Positions 7,892 to 17,574 of a stretch of 64,000 bases of DNA are shown here, in pieces. How positions within the stretch are numbered: position 1 is the stretch's first letter; each line of letters starts with the position of its first letter. The notes under the pieces are model-generated. The model made no database searches, had not been told where the DNA came from, and saw only the letters and a list, made by a program, of their open reading frames with translations. The DNA is from Candidatus Latescibacterota bacterium (GTDB lineage: Bacteria > Latescibacterota > UBA2968 > UBA8231). The stretch spans positions 5,268,609-5,332,608 of the forward strand of contig OZ244235.1 in the NCBI GenBank assembly GCA_965217095.1, written 5' to 3'. Position numbers and translations under genes: made by a program.

Positions 7892-10133
7892 GCGACCCAT
7901 GAAACGGCGATCTTCTTTGCTCGAGTCAGAACTCCCCGATCCCGCACTATCCGATGTTGAAAGTGTCGACCGCTTTCTGGAAGAGGTCGACGCGTTCGCT
8001 GAGTACGATCCGGACGCTTCCGTTGCAGAGCCGCAATCAGTCAGCGTGCATCAACAGCAACGGATCCGCCGCTTGGCGAGCGCTCTTGGGAGGGTGGCTG
8101 CGGACCTGAAGCGCGTTGAGGCGCCGCCCGGATTCGAACCCGCGGGGGCCCAGCCGTACTATGAGCTGGATATGGAAGGACAGCGACTGGCCATTCGCCA
8201 CGATGGGCTGCAAGCCTTTTGGATTTCCGATCCCGACTGGCAGGAACCGGAACGGCTGGCTGAGCTGCTCCACGCCCATGGTCTCATAGAGATCAATCGA
8301 GAGGCGATTACGGGCGGAGCACAGCGACTGCGGGACCAGTGGATTGAGGTAGCCGCAGGATCCGCCCCCACCGCGGGTCACGCAGCCCAGATCGGCTTCG
8401 TGGAACCGGGCAACCCGAACTCAGAGATTTCACCGGAATCGCTGGGTTTGATTTCCCTGGAACTGGCAGAGACGTTGAAATCCCAGGATGCCAAGGCCAT
8501 CCGCAAGAATCGCAGCGCCCTCGTCGCCGCACCCGGCGATCTGTTGGCCCGAGCCACATCCCCGACGCCTGGCCAATCGGGGCAAGACATATTCGGCCGG
8601 AACGTGGCGGCCGCGATCGAGAGCCGGGAACTCCATCTGCAAGCGGGATCCCACGTGACCTCGACGGACGCCGGGGAGTTTCATGCTGCCCGGTACGGCT
8701 ATGTCGCTATTGAGGACGGTCGACTTTCCATTCTGCCACCCATTCGAAGCGATGCCACCTCCATGAACGCCCACTGGGCGATGATGGGTAGCCAACGCTC
8801 CTCCCTTACAGTCGCGATGATCCAAGAGTGGCTGGTCGAGCTCGACGTCAACACGGGTGTGAAAGTGGATGTCATCGAAGCTCTGGTGGCCAAGGTCGGC
8901 GCTGGCGAGCACCCCACCGGCAGGCACCTAATTGCTGTCGGCTCGAGCCCTGTCGACGGGGAGGACGCGCATGTGGAAATTCTGGTAGATATGGAACGAA
9001 GCGCCGGCAAAGAGCGGGAAGATGGCTCCATCGATTTCAGGGAAGTCAACTTCACTCCCAACGTACGAGCGGGTCAGCGGGTGGCCTGGCGCACTAGCCC
9101 GACAACCGGCACCCCGGGCTGGGACCTTACCGGTAACGCCCAACCTGCCAACAACGGCAAGGAGCAGGTGTTGCAGGCTGGAGAGAACGTCCGGGTTGTC
9201 GAAGAGAGCGACCAAGAGGAGTACTACTCGTTGATCGACGGAGTGCTGAAACAGCACGGAGACGAACTTTCGGTGGCAGAGCGCCTAACCATCAACGGCG
9301 ATGTGAGTTATCGCACCGGAAATCTGGACTTCGGCGGCGAGATCTTTGTTAACGGTTCGGTGCTCTCTGGATTCTCGGTCAAGGCGGCCGGCGATATTAC
9401 GGTTTCCGGCACCTTAGAACCTGGCGCCACGCTTCAATCCGGAGGAGATATCGCCGTCGGCAAGGGGATACTGGGGCGCAAAACCAAGGTGAAGGCCGAG
9501 GGGAACATTCGCGCCCAGCTAGTCCAGGAGGCCAACCTGCGCGCCGGAAACAACATTCAAGTCGGCAATTATATCTACCATGCCAACGTCAAAGCCAAAG
9601 GGAAAGTTCTGGTATCTCGCGGCAAAGGTCGTCGGGGGGGAAGCATCATGGGAGGTGAGACCTGGGGCATGTTGGGCGTCGAAGCGCATATCGTCGGAAC
9701 GCCCAGCGAAACTCCGACGACGCTGGTGGCGGGTTTGAGTTACGAAGATGCTCAGTTGCTCGACCGGCTGGAACGTAGCATTGGCACTGCCAGCGATCAC
9801 ATCGAACGCCTTCTCGAACGATTTGCGCTCGATCACTTCGATCTCGTTCAGATCCGCAACATGATCAAGGCAGCCGTCGGTCCGAAACGCAAGATACTCG
9901 CCAAGAATGCGCGCCAGCTGGGACAGCTTGCCCAGATGTATCAACAGCTGTTGGAGCGGCGCGGAACCTTGAGAGAAAGGGTGGAATCGGTGCGCGAGTG
10001 CATAGAGGTAAAGATCTGGGACAGCGCTCATGCCGGCGTAGAAGCCCGATTGGGAGAATTTCGCCGCCGGCTCTCGGAGTTGTACCGGGCACCGCGATTT
10101 CATATCAAAGAGGGCACGATGGTGGCGGCCTAG
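7875..10133 (+). CDS. FapA/DUF342-like β-solenoid protein
   Basis: Long ORF, 764 aa by the track from 7839. Probable start ATG at 7875 or 7899. The C-terminal half is full of short β-helix repeats (GDVSYRTGNLDFGGEIFVNGSV, GDITVSGTL, GGDIAVGKG, GNIRAQLV, GNNIQVGNY), then a coiled coil, as in FapA proteins. Located 3' of the kinase/regulator pair. Confidence 0.5.
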   Translation: MTMVRERPMKRRSSLLESELPDPALSDVESVDRFLEEVDAFAEYDPDASVAEPQSVSVHQQQRIRRLASALGRVAADLKRVEAPPGFEPAGAQPYYELDMEGQRLAIRHDGLQAFWISDPDWQEPERLAELLHAHGLIEINREAITGGAQRLRDQWIEVAAGSAPTAGHAAQIGFVEPGNPNSEISPESLGLISLELAETLKSQDAKAIRKNRSALVAAPGDLLARATSPTPGQSGQDIFGRNVAAAIESRELHLQAGSHVTSTDAGEFHAARYGYVAIEDGRLSILPPIRSDATSMNAHWAMMGSQRSSLTVAMIQEWLVELDVNTGVKVDVIEALVAKVGAGEHPTGRHLIAVGSSPVDGEDAHVEILVDMERSAGKEREDGSIDFREVNFTPNVRAGQRVAWRTSPTTGTPGWDLTGNAQPANNGKEQVLQAGENVRVVEESDQEEYYSLIDGVLKQHGDELSVAERLTINGDVSYRTGNLDFGGEIFVNGSVLSGFSVKAAGDITVSGTLEPGATLQSGGDIAVGKGILGRKTKVKAEGNIRAQLVQEANLRAGNNIQVGNYIYHANVKAKGKVLVSRGKGRRGGSIMGGETWGMLGVEAHIVGTPSETPTTLVAGLSYEDAQLLDRLERSIGTASDHIERLLERFALDHFDLVQIRNMIKAAVGPKRKILAKNARQLGQLAQMYQQLLERRGTLRERVESVRECIEVKIWDSAHAGVEARLGEFRRRLSELYRAPRFHIKEGTMVAA

Positions 10134-10759
10134 GTTAGTCAGAGAGTTGATGGCCTATCGCTATTCTGTTCTGACACTAAACAGACTGTGCGCTTCGATG
10201 AGTGCTGCTGCTCGGATTATGTTGCTGATGGATGCTGTTGTGAAATCAAGGAATCTTGGCGACTAGCTGCGAACGCTGCCGAAAAATGGATATTCAGGAC
10301 GCCTTCACTATTAGACGCCCCGCTTGCTCAGCCACACCTTAGGATCTCCTATCTCGAAGTTCCGCTTAGTGATACCCAGTTTCCAAGGAATCGTCCGCAC
10401 GATCCCTGTCGTACACTGGCAGACTTAAAACAAGCCCTCCTGATCTAGTAGCACACTTTTCCTCAGTTCGACTGTAATCCTTTCATCAACAGACGTCGTG
10501 ACGCCGTCTACATACCAAAGGAGAAAGTGTGCGCGAAGTCAGATTAGAAACCCGTGGTGACGCAGAAGAAGCGCTGCACGAGAGCGATGAAAGTTGGAAC
10601 GCTCTCTATACGGAGCGTGACTCGTAAACCCGGCTTTTTGCCGGTCCGGCCACGAATTCGGTGGGCCGTTTTTTACTTTGGCTCCTCGAGATCCGTCTAT
10701 ATTGTGAGGCTCGAGGAGATCTTTGTTAGAGCGACGAGAGGCGGACAACCATGACACCT

Positions 10760-11773
10760 CTACACGGAACGCGTGATGGTTCCGCACGGGGACCGGTGAC
10801 CCGACCGCGGCGTGGTGACGAATTCCGGAGCCGACCAGGTCATGCCGTCGTTGGTGGAGAATGCGACGCAGGGGGTTTCGAAGTCCGGTGTAGCACCCCA
10901 ATGTTGGTGCATGCAGACCATCAGCCGTCCGTCCGGCAGCTTGTGCACCCCTGAGTAGTTGTAACCCGCGTACATGTCGCCGCCGATGGGGGTAATGTGT
11001 GGGCTGATGCAGGCAACGTTGCTGACGTACTCGAAGCTAATGCCATTGTTGTAGCTGACGTAGTAGGCACAGATGTTGCGCCGGTAGATTCCTCCGACGA
11101 TGCCCAGAACTCCGTTGTCGAAGCGGACGTGGCCGAGGTTGACCGACAGAAAACCTCCGCCGGGCGCCCATCTGGGCGCGTCGAGCAGCGTCGCGTGCTT
11201 CTCCCAGGTGCGGCCACGGTCCGTGCTGCGCACACAGAACGACACGCAGTGCTTGGGTTTGCCCAGGTGAAAGTTGATCCCCTCGTTCGGTTGGTTCGAC
11301 GACCCTCCAATCGGAAATTTCACACTACTCTCCGCCTCGCAGAAGTGGATGATCGAGTCCGGGTCACCCAGGTCGATTTCCTCGCGCTCGCCGATGTCGC
11401 GTGGGCGCAGCCAGTCGAGCGTCTCGTCGATCGTGCGGTTGTTGTTCCAGATCCACTGGCGCTCGCTCTCGGGCCAGGTCTCACCCCAATCGAGGGAGCG
11501 GCTCAGCATCACCCCGGATTCGCTGCCCCATTTCTCGTGGGCCCCTCGAAAGGAAGGGTCTCCACCGCCGTGGCGGTTGTGCCCCGTCGGCAGATCGCCC
11601 GTGTAGTTCATCGGTACGGCGATGTAGGCGATGGCGATCTCGCCGTCACCGAAGTTCCAGATTCCACCTCGGTTAGGGGCGAACGGGTACAGATGTTCGT
11701 CGTGGTGGATCTTGATGTGCCTGACGTCGCTAACCTCGACCTGGCCTACGCCGACAGTTCGTCTTGATTCCAT
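10760..11773 (-). CDS. BNR/Asp-box repeat glycoside hydrolase (sialidase-like)
   Basis: Asp-box motifs RSTDRGRTW and STNDGMTWS. Start chosen at MESRR (GGAGAAG RBS). The track ORF extends to 11800. Confidence 0.55.
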   Translation of the reverse strand: MESRRTVGVGQVEVSDVRHIKIHHDEHLYPFAPNRGGIWNFGDGEIAIAYIAVPMNYTGDLPTGHNRHGGGDPSFRGAHEKWGSESGVMLSRSLDWGETWPESERQWIWNNNRTIDETLDWLRPRDIGEREEIDLGDPDSIIHFCEAESSVKFPIGGSSNQPNEGINFHLGKPKHCVSFCVRSTDRGRTWEKHATLLDAPRWAPGGGFLSVNLGHVRFDNGVLGIVGGIYRRNICAYYVSYNNGISFEYVSNVACISPHITPIGGDMYAGYNYSGVHKLPDGRLMVCMHQHWGATPDFETPCVAFSTNDGMTWSAPEFVTTPRSGHRSPCGTITRSV

Positions 11774-11931
11774 CAATGCTTCTCCGACAGGTTGTGGCAT
11801 GTTGTGCGCGATGTGATCACGGCGAAGGCACCGAAGCGCTCCTGCTCGGTGAGGACCGTGCTAATAAACGATATTATCGGCAGCGGCCAAGCGACAGTGT
11901 GCGACCCGACATTCACCGTGAGGAGATTGTG

Positions 11932-12759
11932 ATGCCCAAGTCAGGAGAAAAGCCCAACGCCCATCTCTACCCCGAGGGCGGTCCGGGACGGCAATTGAAG
12001 GGGCGCTTGAAGGTGGGAGAGGTGTTGGTCGGAGGAATCATCTTCGAATACACCCGCCCGCCACTGGTGAGGTTTTACCAGCAGGCCGGCTTCGACTTCA
12101 TCTACATCGAATACGAGCACATGTTCATGGATCCCTCGTCCCTGGTGGACACGGTTCAGTGCGCGCGCGACAACGGTTTGCCCATAATCGCCAAGCCCCC
12201 GACGCTCGACCAGGCCGAGGTGGCCAAGCTGATGGAGTGCGGCGTCGTGGGCATCCAGTTGCCTCGCACCGGGTCGCGCGAAGAAATAGCGACGCTGATC
12301 GACTGGGTGAGATTTACTCCGGTGGGCCACCGAGCCCTAGCTTCCGGTTACGGTAATAGCGACTACGTCCGGCCTGATGACAAGCGTGCGTGGATGGATG
12401 CGCAAGATGAAGAAATAGCTGTCGTGGCGATGATCGAGACACGGCAGGGATACGAGCATGCCGAGGAGATCATCAGCACCCCAGGTGTCGACATGCTCTA
12501 CGTAGGGCAGAGTGATTTCGCGGTGGAAATGGGCCAGCCTGGAAATGGCGAGCATCCAGACGTCAGGGGACCGATAGAGGAAATTCTCGAGATCTGCAAG
12601 AAGCACGACGTGCCCTTTGGCACCAACGCAGCGAACCTGGAAGCGGCTAAACGGTATGTGGACAACGGCGCCCTCTTCTTCGAAACGGTCGACGAACGAA
12701 TCCTCATCACCGAGGGGGCCAAGCAGGTGGTGGAGGACTATCGCAGGATACTCGCGTGA
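11932..12759 (+). CDS. HpcH/HpaI family 2-keto-3-deoxy-sugar-acid aldolase
   Basis: Start MPKSGEK after GAGGAG. Motifs FIYIEYEHM and PIIAKPPTLDQAEVAKLMECGVVGIQLP are typical of the HpcH/HpaI aldolase family. Confidence 0.7.
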   Translation: MPKSGEKPNAHLYPEGGPGRQLKGRLKVGEVLVGGIIFEYTRPPLVRFYQQAGFDFIYIEYEHMFMDPSSLVDTVQCARDNGLPIIAKPPTLDQAEVAKLMECGVVGIQLPRTGSREEIATLIDWVRFTPVGHRALASGYGNSDYVRPDDKRAWMDAQDEEIAVVAMIETRQGYEHAEEIISTPGVDMLYVGQSDFAVEMGQPGNGEHPDVRGPIEEILEICKKHDVPFGTNAANLEAAKRYVDNGALFFETVDERILITEGAKQVVEDYRRILA

Positions 12760-12982
12760 GATGTCGTGGCGGCCGATCAAACCTGGTCCGCCGAGGGCAT
12801 GATCCGCGGTTACGACCGGGAACGGGCCCGACGCCGGTTGCTGGACGACAGCGGCCGCGTGGCGATCGATCCCGCCGTCGAAACGGACCGATTCCCGACG
12901 AAGCGAACGATTTCGATTTCACTTAACTGCCGAATTGGGAGGACCTGATTCGGATCATGCCCTCAACGAGAGATGACTGACC

Positions 12983-14041
12983 ATGAGCGCCGAACCCGTC
13001 CGCGACGCCAGTGCCTGGACGCCCGATCTGCTCGAGCGAGACCGGTCCTGGGAATTTTTCCTCAGCGACGAGCAGCAGTCGACGCTCGCGCGGGCACTGC
13101 AGCAGGTCGGAGGGACGCCCTTCGAGCAGATCACGGCACGGGACTTTCCGCTGCCTGGACTGACCGAGACCCTCGATGGCGTACTTCAGCAGCTCCGTAG
13201 CGGGCGCGGCTTCGCGGTTCTGCACGGCTTTCCGACCTCTGGTTTCGAGCTGCCTCAGCTGGAGCGGCTCTACTGGGGCCTGTGCACCCACCTGGGCCGG
13301 GGGATTACGCAGAACAGCGATGCCGGTCTCATCCACTACGTGACCGACGGCAAGTTGCGGCCCCGCCAGGGCACCCGCGGCGTCGGTGATCCGGGACCGG
13401 TAGAGCTCCACATCGACCTGTCCGATATCGTAGCCCTATACTGCGTGCAGCAGGCACCCGACGATCCACCCAGCGTCGTGTCCAGCTCGATGACGATCTA
13501 CAACGAAATCGTTCGGCAACACCCGGAATGGCTGCCGTGTCTCGAACGGGGTTTCATCTGGGATCGCGCCGGCGAGGAGGTGCCCGGCGAGTCAGAGGTT
13601 TCCGACTATCTGGTTCCGGCATTCAGCGAGGCAGAGGGTATCGTCAGCTGCCGCTTCCACGCGAAGTGGATCCGCAAGGGGCTGGCGCGCGTTGACGCCG
13701 CGCTCAGCGACGAGGAGGAGATGATCTTCGACTTCATTCGCGACGTCAGCAACGCCAACTCCTTCGCCTTTCCGCTGCACGAGGGCGATATCGCCATCTG
13801 CAACAACTACACGGTCTGCCATGGGCGCGCTTCGCACGAGCCGATCGCCGACGCGGGGCGCAAGCGCATCCTGATGCGGATCTGGATGGAGATAGATGGC
13901 CTGCGACCGTACGCCGACGAAGCTCGCGTGCGGTATGGCGTGATTCGCCACGGCAGGCTCGGTTGGACGGCGGCCGATCTGCTGGCGGGCAACCACGACC
14001 GGCCGCGACAGCGCCGGCCCGACGGCGCACCGCTAATCTGA
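12983..14041 (+). CDS. TauD/TfdA-family Fe(II)/2-oxoglutarate-dependent dioxygenase
   Basis: 352 aa. HIDLSD metal motif plus a distal CHGR/H region. Clavaminate-synthase-like layout. Confidence 0.65.
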   Translation: MSAEPVRDASAWTPDLLERDRSWEFFLSDEQQSTLARALQQVGGTPFEQITARDFPLPGLTETLDGVLQQLRSGRGFAVLHGFPTSGFELPQLERLYWGLCTHLGRGITQNSDAGLIHYVTDGKLRPRQGTRGVGDPGPVELHIDLSDIVALYCVQQAPDDPPSVVSSSMTIYNEIVRQHPEWLPCLERGFIWDRAGEEVPGESEVSDYLVPAFSEAEGIVSCRFHAKWIRKGLARVDAALSDEEEMIFDFIRDVSNANSFAFPLHEGDIAICNNYTVCHGRASHEPIADAGRKRILMRIWMEIDGLRPYADEARVRYGVIRHGRLGWTAADLLAGNHDRPRQRRPDGAPLI

Positions 14042-14043
14042 AG

Positions 14044-14256
14044 AGCTGCAATGTCGAGCGGGGATTCCCGCAGCTCAAAGGGATCCACAACTACGACACC
14101 GAGCATCTGCAAATGGCCGTGAATTTCCTCGAAGCGACCCACAGCGAGTTCCCATTTGGTGAGATCGTCACGCACAGCGTGAATCTGGAGAATGTCACCG
14201 AGGGCCTGCGCCTGGCGGAATCCGGTCAAGCCATCCGCGTTGCGGTTCTGCCTTGA
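14044..14256 (+). pseudogene. C-terminal remnant (about 70 aa) of a zinc-type alcohol dehydrogenase / MDR gene
   Basis: LKGIHNYDTEHLQMAVNFLEATHSEFPFGEIVTHSVNLENVTEGLRLAESGQAIRVAVLP matches the conserved C-terminus of MDR dehydrogenases. There is no upstream body. It lies out of frame and overlaps the TauD 3' end. Confidence 0.45.
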
Positions 14257-14277
14257 GTTGATAAAAGGAGCAGCCTA

Positions 14278-15918
14278 ATGGACGAGACAAGGAAAGCTGC
14301 ACGCTGGCGCAAGCGGCGGATTATTTTCAACAATGACGGCGACGACGTGATCGAGTCAAAGACAGAAGCGGAACTTCGCCATGCCGCCCACTGGCGAGTG
14401 TTCACCCGCAGCGGAGGCGAGCTGATGGATGACTTCCTCAATGCGCGCAGAACGCCGCTGGTGGGGACACAGGTGGACAGCATCTGGTATTCCACTTGCC
14501 GAGCCGGCATCACATTCTGGCACCGCACAAAATTGGGTGGATTTTGCAATGAGGGTATTCCACAAGAGCTCATTGACAAGTACGGACGCGACATCCTGCA
14601 GATTCAGGTGGACTTCTGTCGCAAACACGATATGGAGGCATTCTGGTCATTGCGCATGAACGACGTGCATGATTCCTATCCCGTGGGTCATCGCAGCTGG
14701 CACTATCGTCTGGGTCCCTTCAAGCGGGACCATCCGGAATATCTGATGGGTGAGCCGGACGACTGGGAGAAATACCCAGATGGACCGAGACACCTCTGGT
14801 CTGCTCTTGATTTCAGCTATGCAGAGGTGCGGGAGCACATATTCTCGTTGATTCGGGAAGTATGCCAGGGATACGACGTAAATGGGGTGGAGTTGGACTT
14901 CTTCCGACATCCCAAGTTTTTTGCGCCGACTCTGGATGGACTTCCTGCCGAGCAACAGCACCTGGAGATGATGACCGACCTGATGCGTCGAGTCAGGAAG
15001 ATGGCCGACGAGGTGGGACAGCAAAGAGGGCGTCCACTGCTGCTGGCGGCGCGCGCACCTTTCAATCCTGCCGACGCACAGTTCATCGGACTGGATCTAG
15101 AAACGTGGCTTGCAGAAGATCTCATTGACATTCTGATACCTGGTGGCGGTACCGAGTCGAGAATGACTGAGTCGTTCCAGGAAATCGTGAATCTGGGGCA
15201 CAAATACGATGTGCCGGTGTATCCTTGTATCGGGTGGGCTTTCTGGAAACACTGGGCTTTCCTCGAGGTGGGAGAGGGCAAGCACAGGACGTTTGAATCG
15301 TGGGTGAAAACCCAATCGGCCGGAGACCCGAAGGACACTGAGAAGCCCTCCTTTGTCGTGGCGATCGATTCGTGGGCAGGAACAATTGCAGCTTGGCGGG
15401 GTGCGGCGACCAATCTGTTCAACGCTGGCGCCGATGGAATCTACACCTTCAATGCTTTTTCCCCGAGGAACGACATATGGCGAGAGATCGGAGATCCCAA
15501 AACGATGGAAAACAAGGACAAGATATTCGGTGTGGATCGGTTCGCCGGTGACTCCAGCTTCAAAGACGTGCGCGAGCTGGAGCTGAAGCCAGGGGAACCC
15601 GTCAGTGTGCCGTTTCAGGTGGGGGAGGATGTAAAGTCGGGGAATAGCCCCGAGTTGCAATTTCGTCTCCACTTCTGGGACTTTGCACACATTGATGATC
15701 TAGCTGTGAAACTCAACCAGGAACCCCTGAAGGAGTTAAAGCCAACCGGGCCTATGCAGACACCCTTGGCGGAGCAATGGCTCGAATGCCCGCTCGATCC
15801 CGCCCAGGTCAAGAGGGGGGAGAACAGGGTCGACCTGATGGTGGGCAAACGGGATGAATCCATGCCAACGCCCCTGGTCTTGGACGCAGTACAGTTGCAC
15901 GTTCGCCACAAGGGCTAG
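14278..15918 (+). CDS. glycoside-hydrolase-like TIM-barrel protein (GHL10/DUF187-like, tentative)
   Basis: 546 aa with RBS AAAAGGAG. The ELDFFRHP motif resembles the DY-x-RYP motif of GH-like family 10. No signal peptide. Confidence 0.4.
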   Translation: MDETRKAARWRKRRIIFNNDGDDVIESKTEAELRHAAHWRVFTRSGGELMDDFLNARRTPLVGTQVDSIWYSTCRAGITFWHRTKLGGFCNEGIPQELIDKYGRDILQIQVDFCRKHDMEAFWSLRMNDVHDSYPVGHRSWHYRLGPFKRDHPEYLMGEPDDWEKYPDGPRHLWSALDFSYAEVREHIFSLIREVCQGYDVNGVELDFFRHPKFFAPTLDGLPAEQQHLEMMTDLMRRVRKMADEVGQQRGRPLLLAARAPFNPADAQFIGLDLETWLAEDLIDILIPGGGTESRMTESFQEIVNLGHKYDVPVYPCIGWAFWKHWAFLEVGEGKHRTFESWVKTQSAGDPKDTEKPSFVVAIDSWAGTIAAWRGAATNLFNAGADGIYTFNAFSPRNDIWREIGDPKTMENKDKIFGVDRFAGDSSFKDVRELELKPGEPVSVPFQVGEDVKSGNSPELQFRLHFWDFAHIDDLAVKLNQEPLKELKPTGPMQTPLAEQWLECPLDPAQVKRGENRVDLMVGKRDESMPTPLVLDAVQLHVRHKG

Positions 15919-16173
15919 ATAAGAAGCGGATTACCGTCGCTCCCAGATTTCCACAAAGCCATCATCGTCATCGACCAGCGTCAGGCGATCTCCTCGGATC
16001 GTGTAGGAATCTGAAGTGCTTGCGGTCTCGCGTGCGGCGTAGATAGTGATGACCAATTTCCCCCCGACGATTTCCCACGTGCCTGAGAGGGAGATGGTCA
16101 AATCGCATTCGCGACTTCGTTGAATTGTGAGAACAAGCCGAAATGTGAAATGGGGGGGCCGCCGACATAGACC

Positions 16174-16620
16174 ATGGCCAGACAGCCGCTTCAAGTTCTA
16201 GTGATTCCGGTCCGAGTTCGCTCTGAGCCAGAGTTCGCGGTTTTTCGCCGTTCTGACGGCGAAATGTGGCAATTTATTGCTGGTGGCGCCGAGGACCACG
16301 AAGACGCATTGCAGGCAGCACATCGGGAGGCCGCAGAGGAAGCAGGCATTCCTCGCAATCTATCGATTGTTCGACTTGATTCAGTTGCCTCGATTACAAG
16401 ATCGTCGTTCTTGCAAACTGAACACTGGCCGGAAGATCTGTATGTCGTCCGTGAGTATTCGTTTGCCATTGATGTCGGTGACCGGCAATTGACGTTGTCC
16501 TCTGAACACGACGAGGTGAGGTGGTTGCCGTATGATATGGCATCATCTCTCCTGACATGGGACAGCAACCGGGTTGCCCTTTGGGAGCTAAATGAAAGGC
16601 TGGCAAGAGTCACTAGCTAA
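16174..16620 (+). CDS. NUDIX hydrolase
   Basis: Nudix box GGAEDHEDALQAAHREAAEEAGI. Confidence 0.8.
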   Translation: MARQPLQVLVIPVRVRSEPEFAVFRRSDGEMWQFIAGGAEDHEDALQAAHREAAEEAGIPRNLSIVRLDSVASITRSSFLQTEHWPEDLYVVREYSFAIDVGDRQLTLSSEHDEVRWLPYDMASSLLTWDSNRVALWELNERLARVTS

Positions 16621-16696
16621 GGGCAATGATTGGATTTCCGAACCCACTTCGGCTAACACGCGCGGACCGAACACTCCCAAGGAAAGGAGTAAAGCT

Positions 16697-17434
16697 ATGT
16701 CAGGAATCGAACCCGCATCCCGATTAAACCGCTTGAGCGGTGCCAGGATCGGACTTCTGGATCCGGGAAAACGTACTTCAGCAGCCGTTCTTGAGGCGGT
16801 AGGGGAACGGCTCGGAGGAGAGTATGACGCGAATGTGGTCGGGCCGTGGAGGAAGTCATCTCCCTACCGGGTCTGCTCGAAGAAGCTTCTGGAGGAGATC
16901 GTTCCCCAGTGCGATGGGCTTGTGATGGGAGTCGTGGACTGATGCGGCGCCAGTTCGTGCAGTTTGCACGATATGCTGGAGTTTGAGTTGAGAGGCATCC
17001 CGACCGCCTATATCACAGCCGCTGGAAGGGTTCCAAAGATCGAACGCGATGGTGTTGGGTTCAGGCTGTCGCATGCGACGGGGAGCTATCTGGTAGAGGA
17101 ATGGGAGGACTCCGGCCAACAGTCTGACGCCGTGCATCGCAGGTTGGTCCACTTCGGGGTACACCGCAGGATGCGGATGAGCGGGGTGAAGGAGGGAGAC
17201 GCGGTCCGCTACGGCGACAGGGAGCTGCGATGGGAATATCCTCCAAAGGACCTGGAGGCTAGAGCCAAGCCCGCCGGAGCCGGCGCCTGGTCGAGCACCT
17301 CTGACGGCGTTGCAGGCTACAGGAGTATTGAACTGCGGGCGTACGCAGCACCCGTGGGAGGCGATGAATTCGATGAAAGTGTGGCGGAGGCCGTCCCGCA
17401 GGTGGTTTCGATTCTGACGGGTGGGAAGGAGTGA
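16697..17434 (+). CDS. candidate selenoprotein (about 245 aa, GrdB/PrdB-like or UGSC-like family?) with in-frame UGA at 16940-16942
   Basis: Track ORFs 16592..16942 and 16964..17434 share a reading frame and are separated only by one TGA plus 7 codons. There is a strong RBS (AAAGGAG) before the ATG at 16697. The second ORF has no RBS. Local context VMGVVD-U-CGASSCSL...RGIPT. A SECIS-like hairpin starts 7 nt 3' of the UGA. Confidence 0.5.
16950..16979 (+). promoter_or_regulatory. SECIS-like stem-loop 7 nt downstream of the in-frame UGA
   Basis: CCAG-T-TCGTGCA-GUU-UGCACGA-UAUG-CUGG gives a 7-bp upper stem, a GUU apical loop with G-U, and a 4-bp lower stem. The apical loop lies about 20 nt after the UGA, the geometry expected for a bacterial SECIS. 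Confidence 0.45.
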
Positions 17435-17574
17435 GTCCACGCGAGCTTGCAGAATACGGACTCGATCGTCTCGGGTTTTCCTCGGTATAGGCAGCGGAGT
17501 CGCTGCTCTTTATCGAGCGGTGAAACTATATGAAATGAAGCGTGAAGACATGCTGAATTGGCCTTCTGGCGCGC

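Noticed and set aside
8125-8145. tRNA T-arm-like string GGATTCGAACCCGCGGGGGCC
   Set aside because: It lies inside the FapA-like CDS and encodes PGFEPAGA. There is no acceptor or anticodon stem context.
8430-9257. Minus-strand ORFs of 109-165 aa within the FapA-like gene
   Set aside because: Antisense overlaps of a long, repeat-rich CDS.
10134-10759. 600-bp intergenic region with small ORFs (86 and 120 aa)
   Set aside because: No RBS, no family resemblance. It is probably a non-coding 3' region between convergent genes, though an sRNA cannot be excluded.
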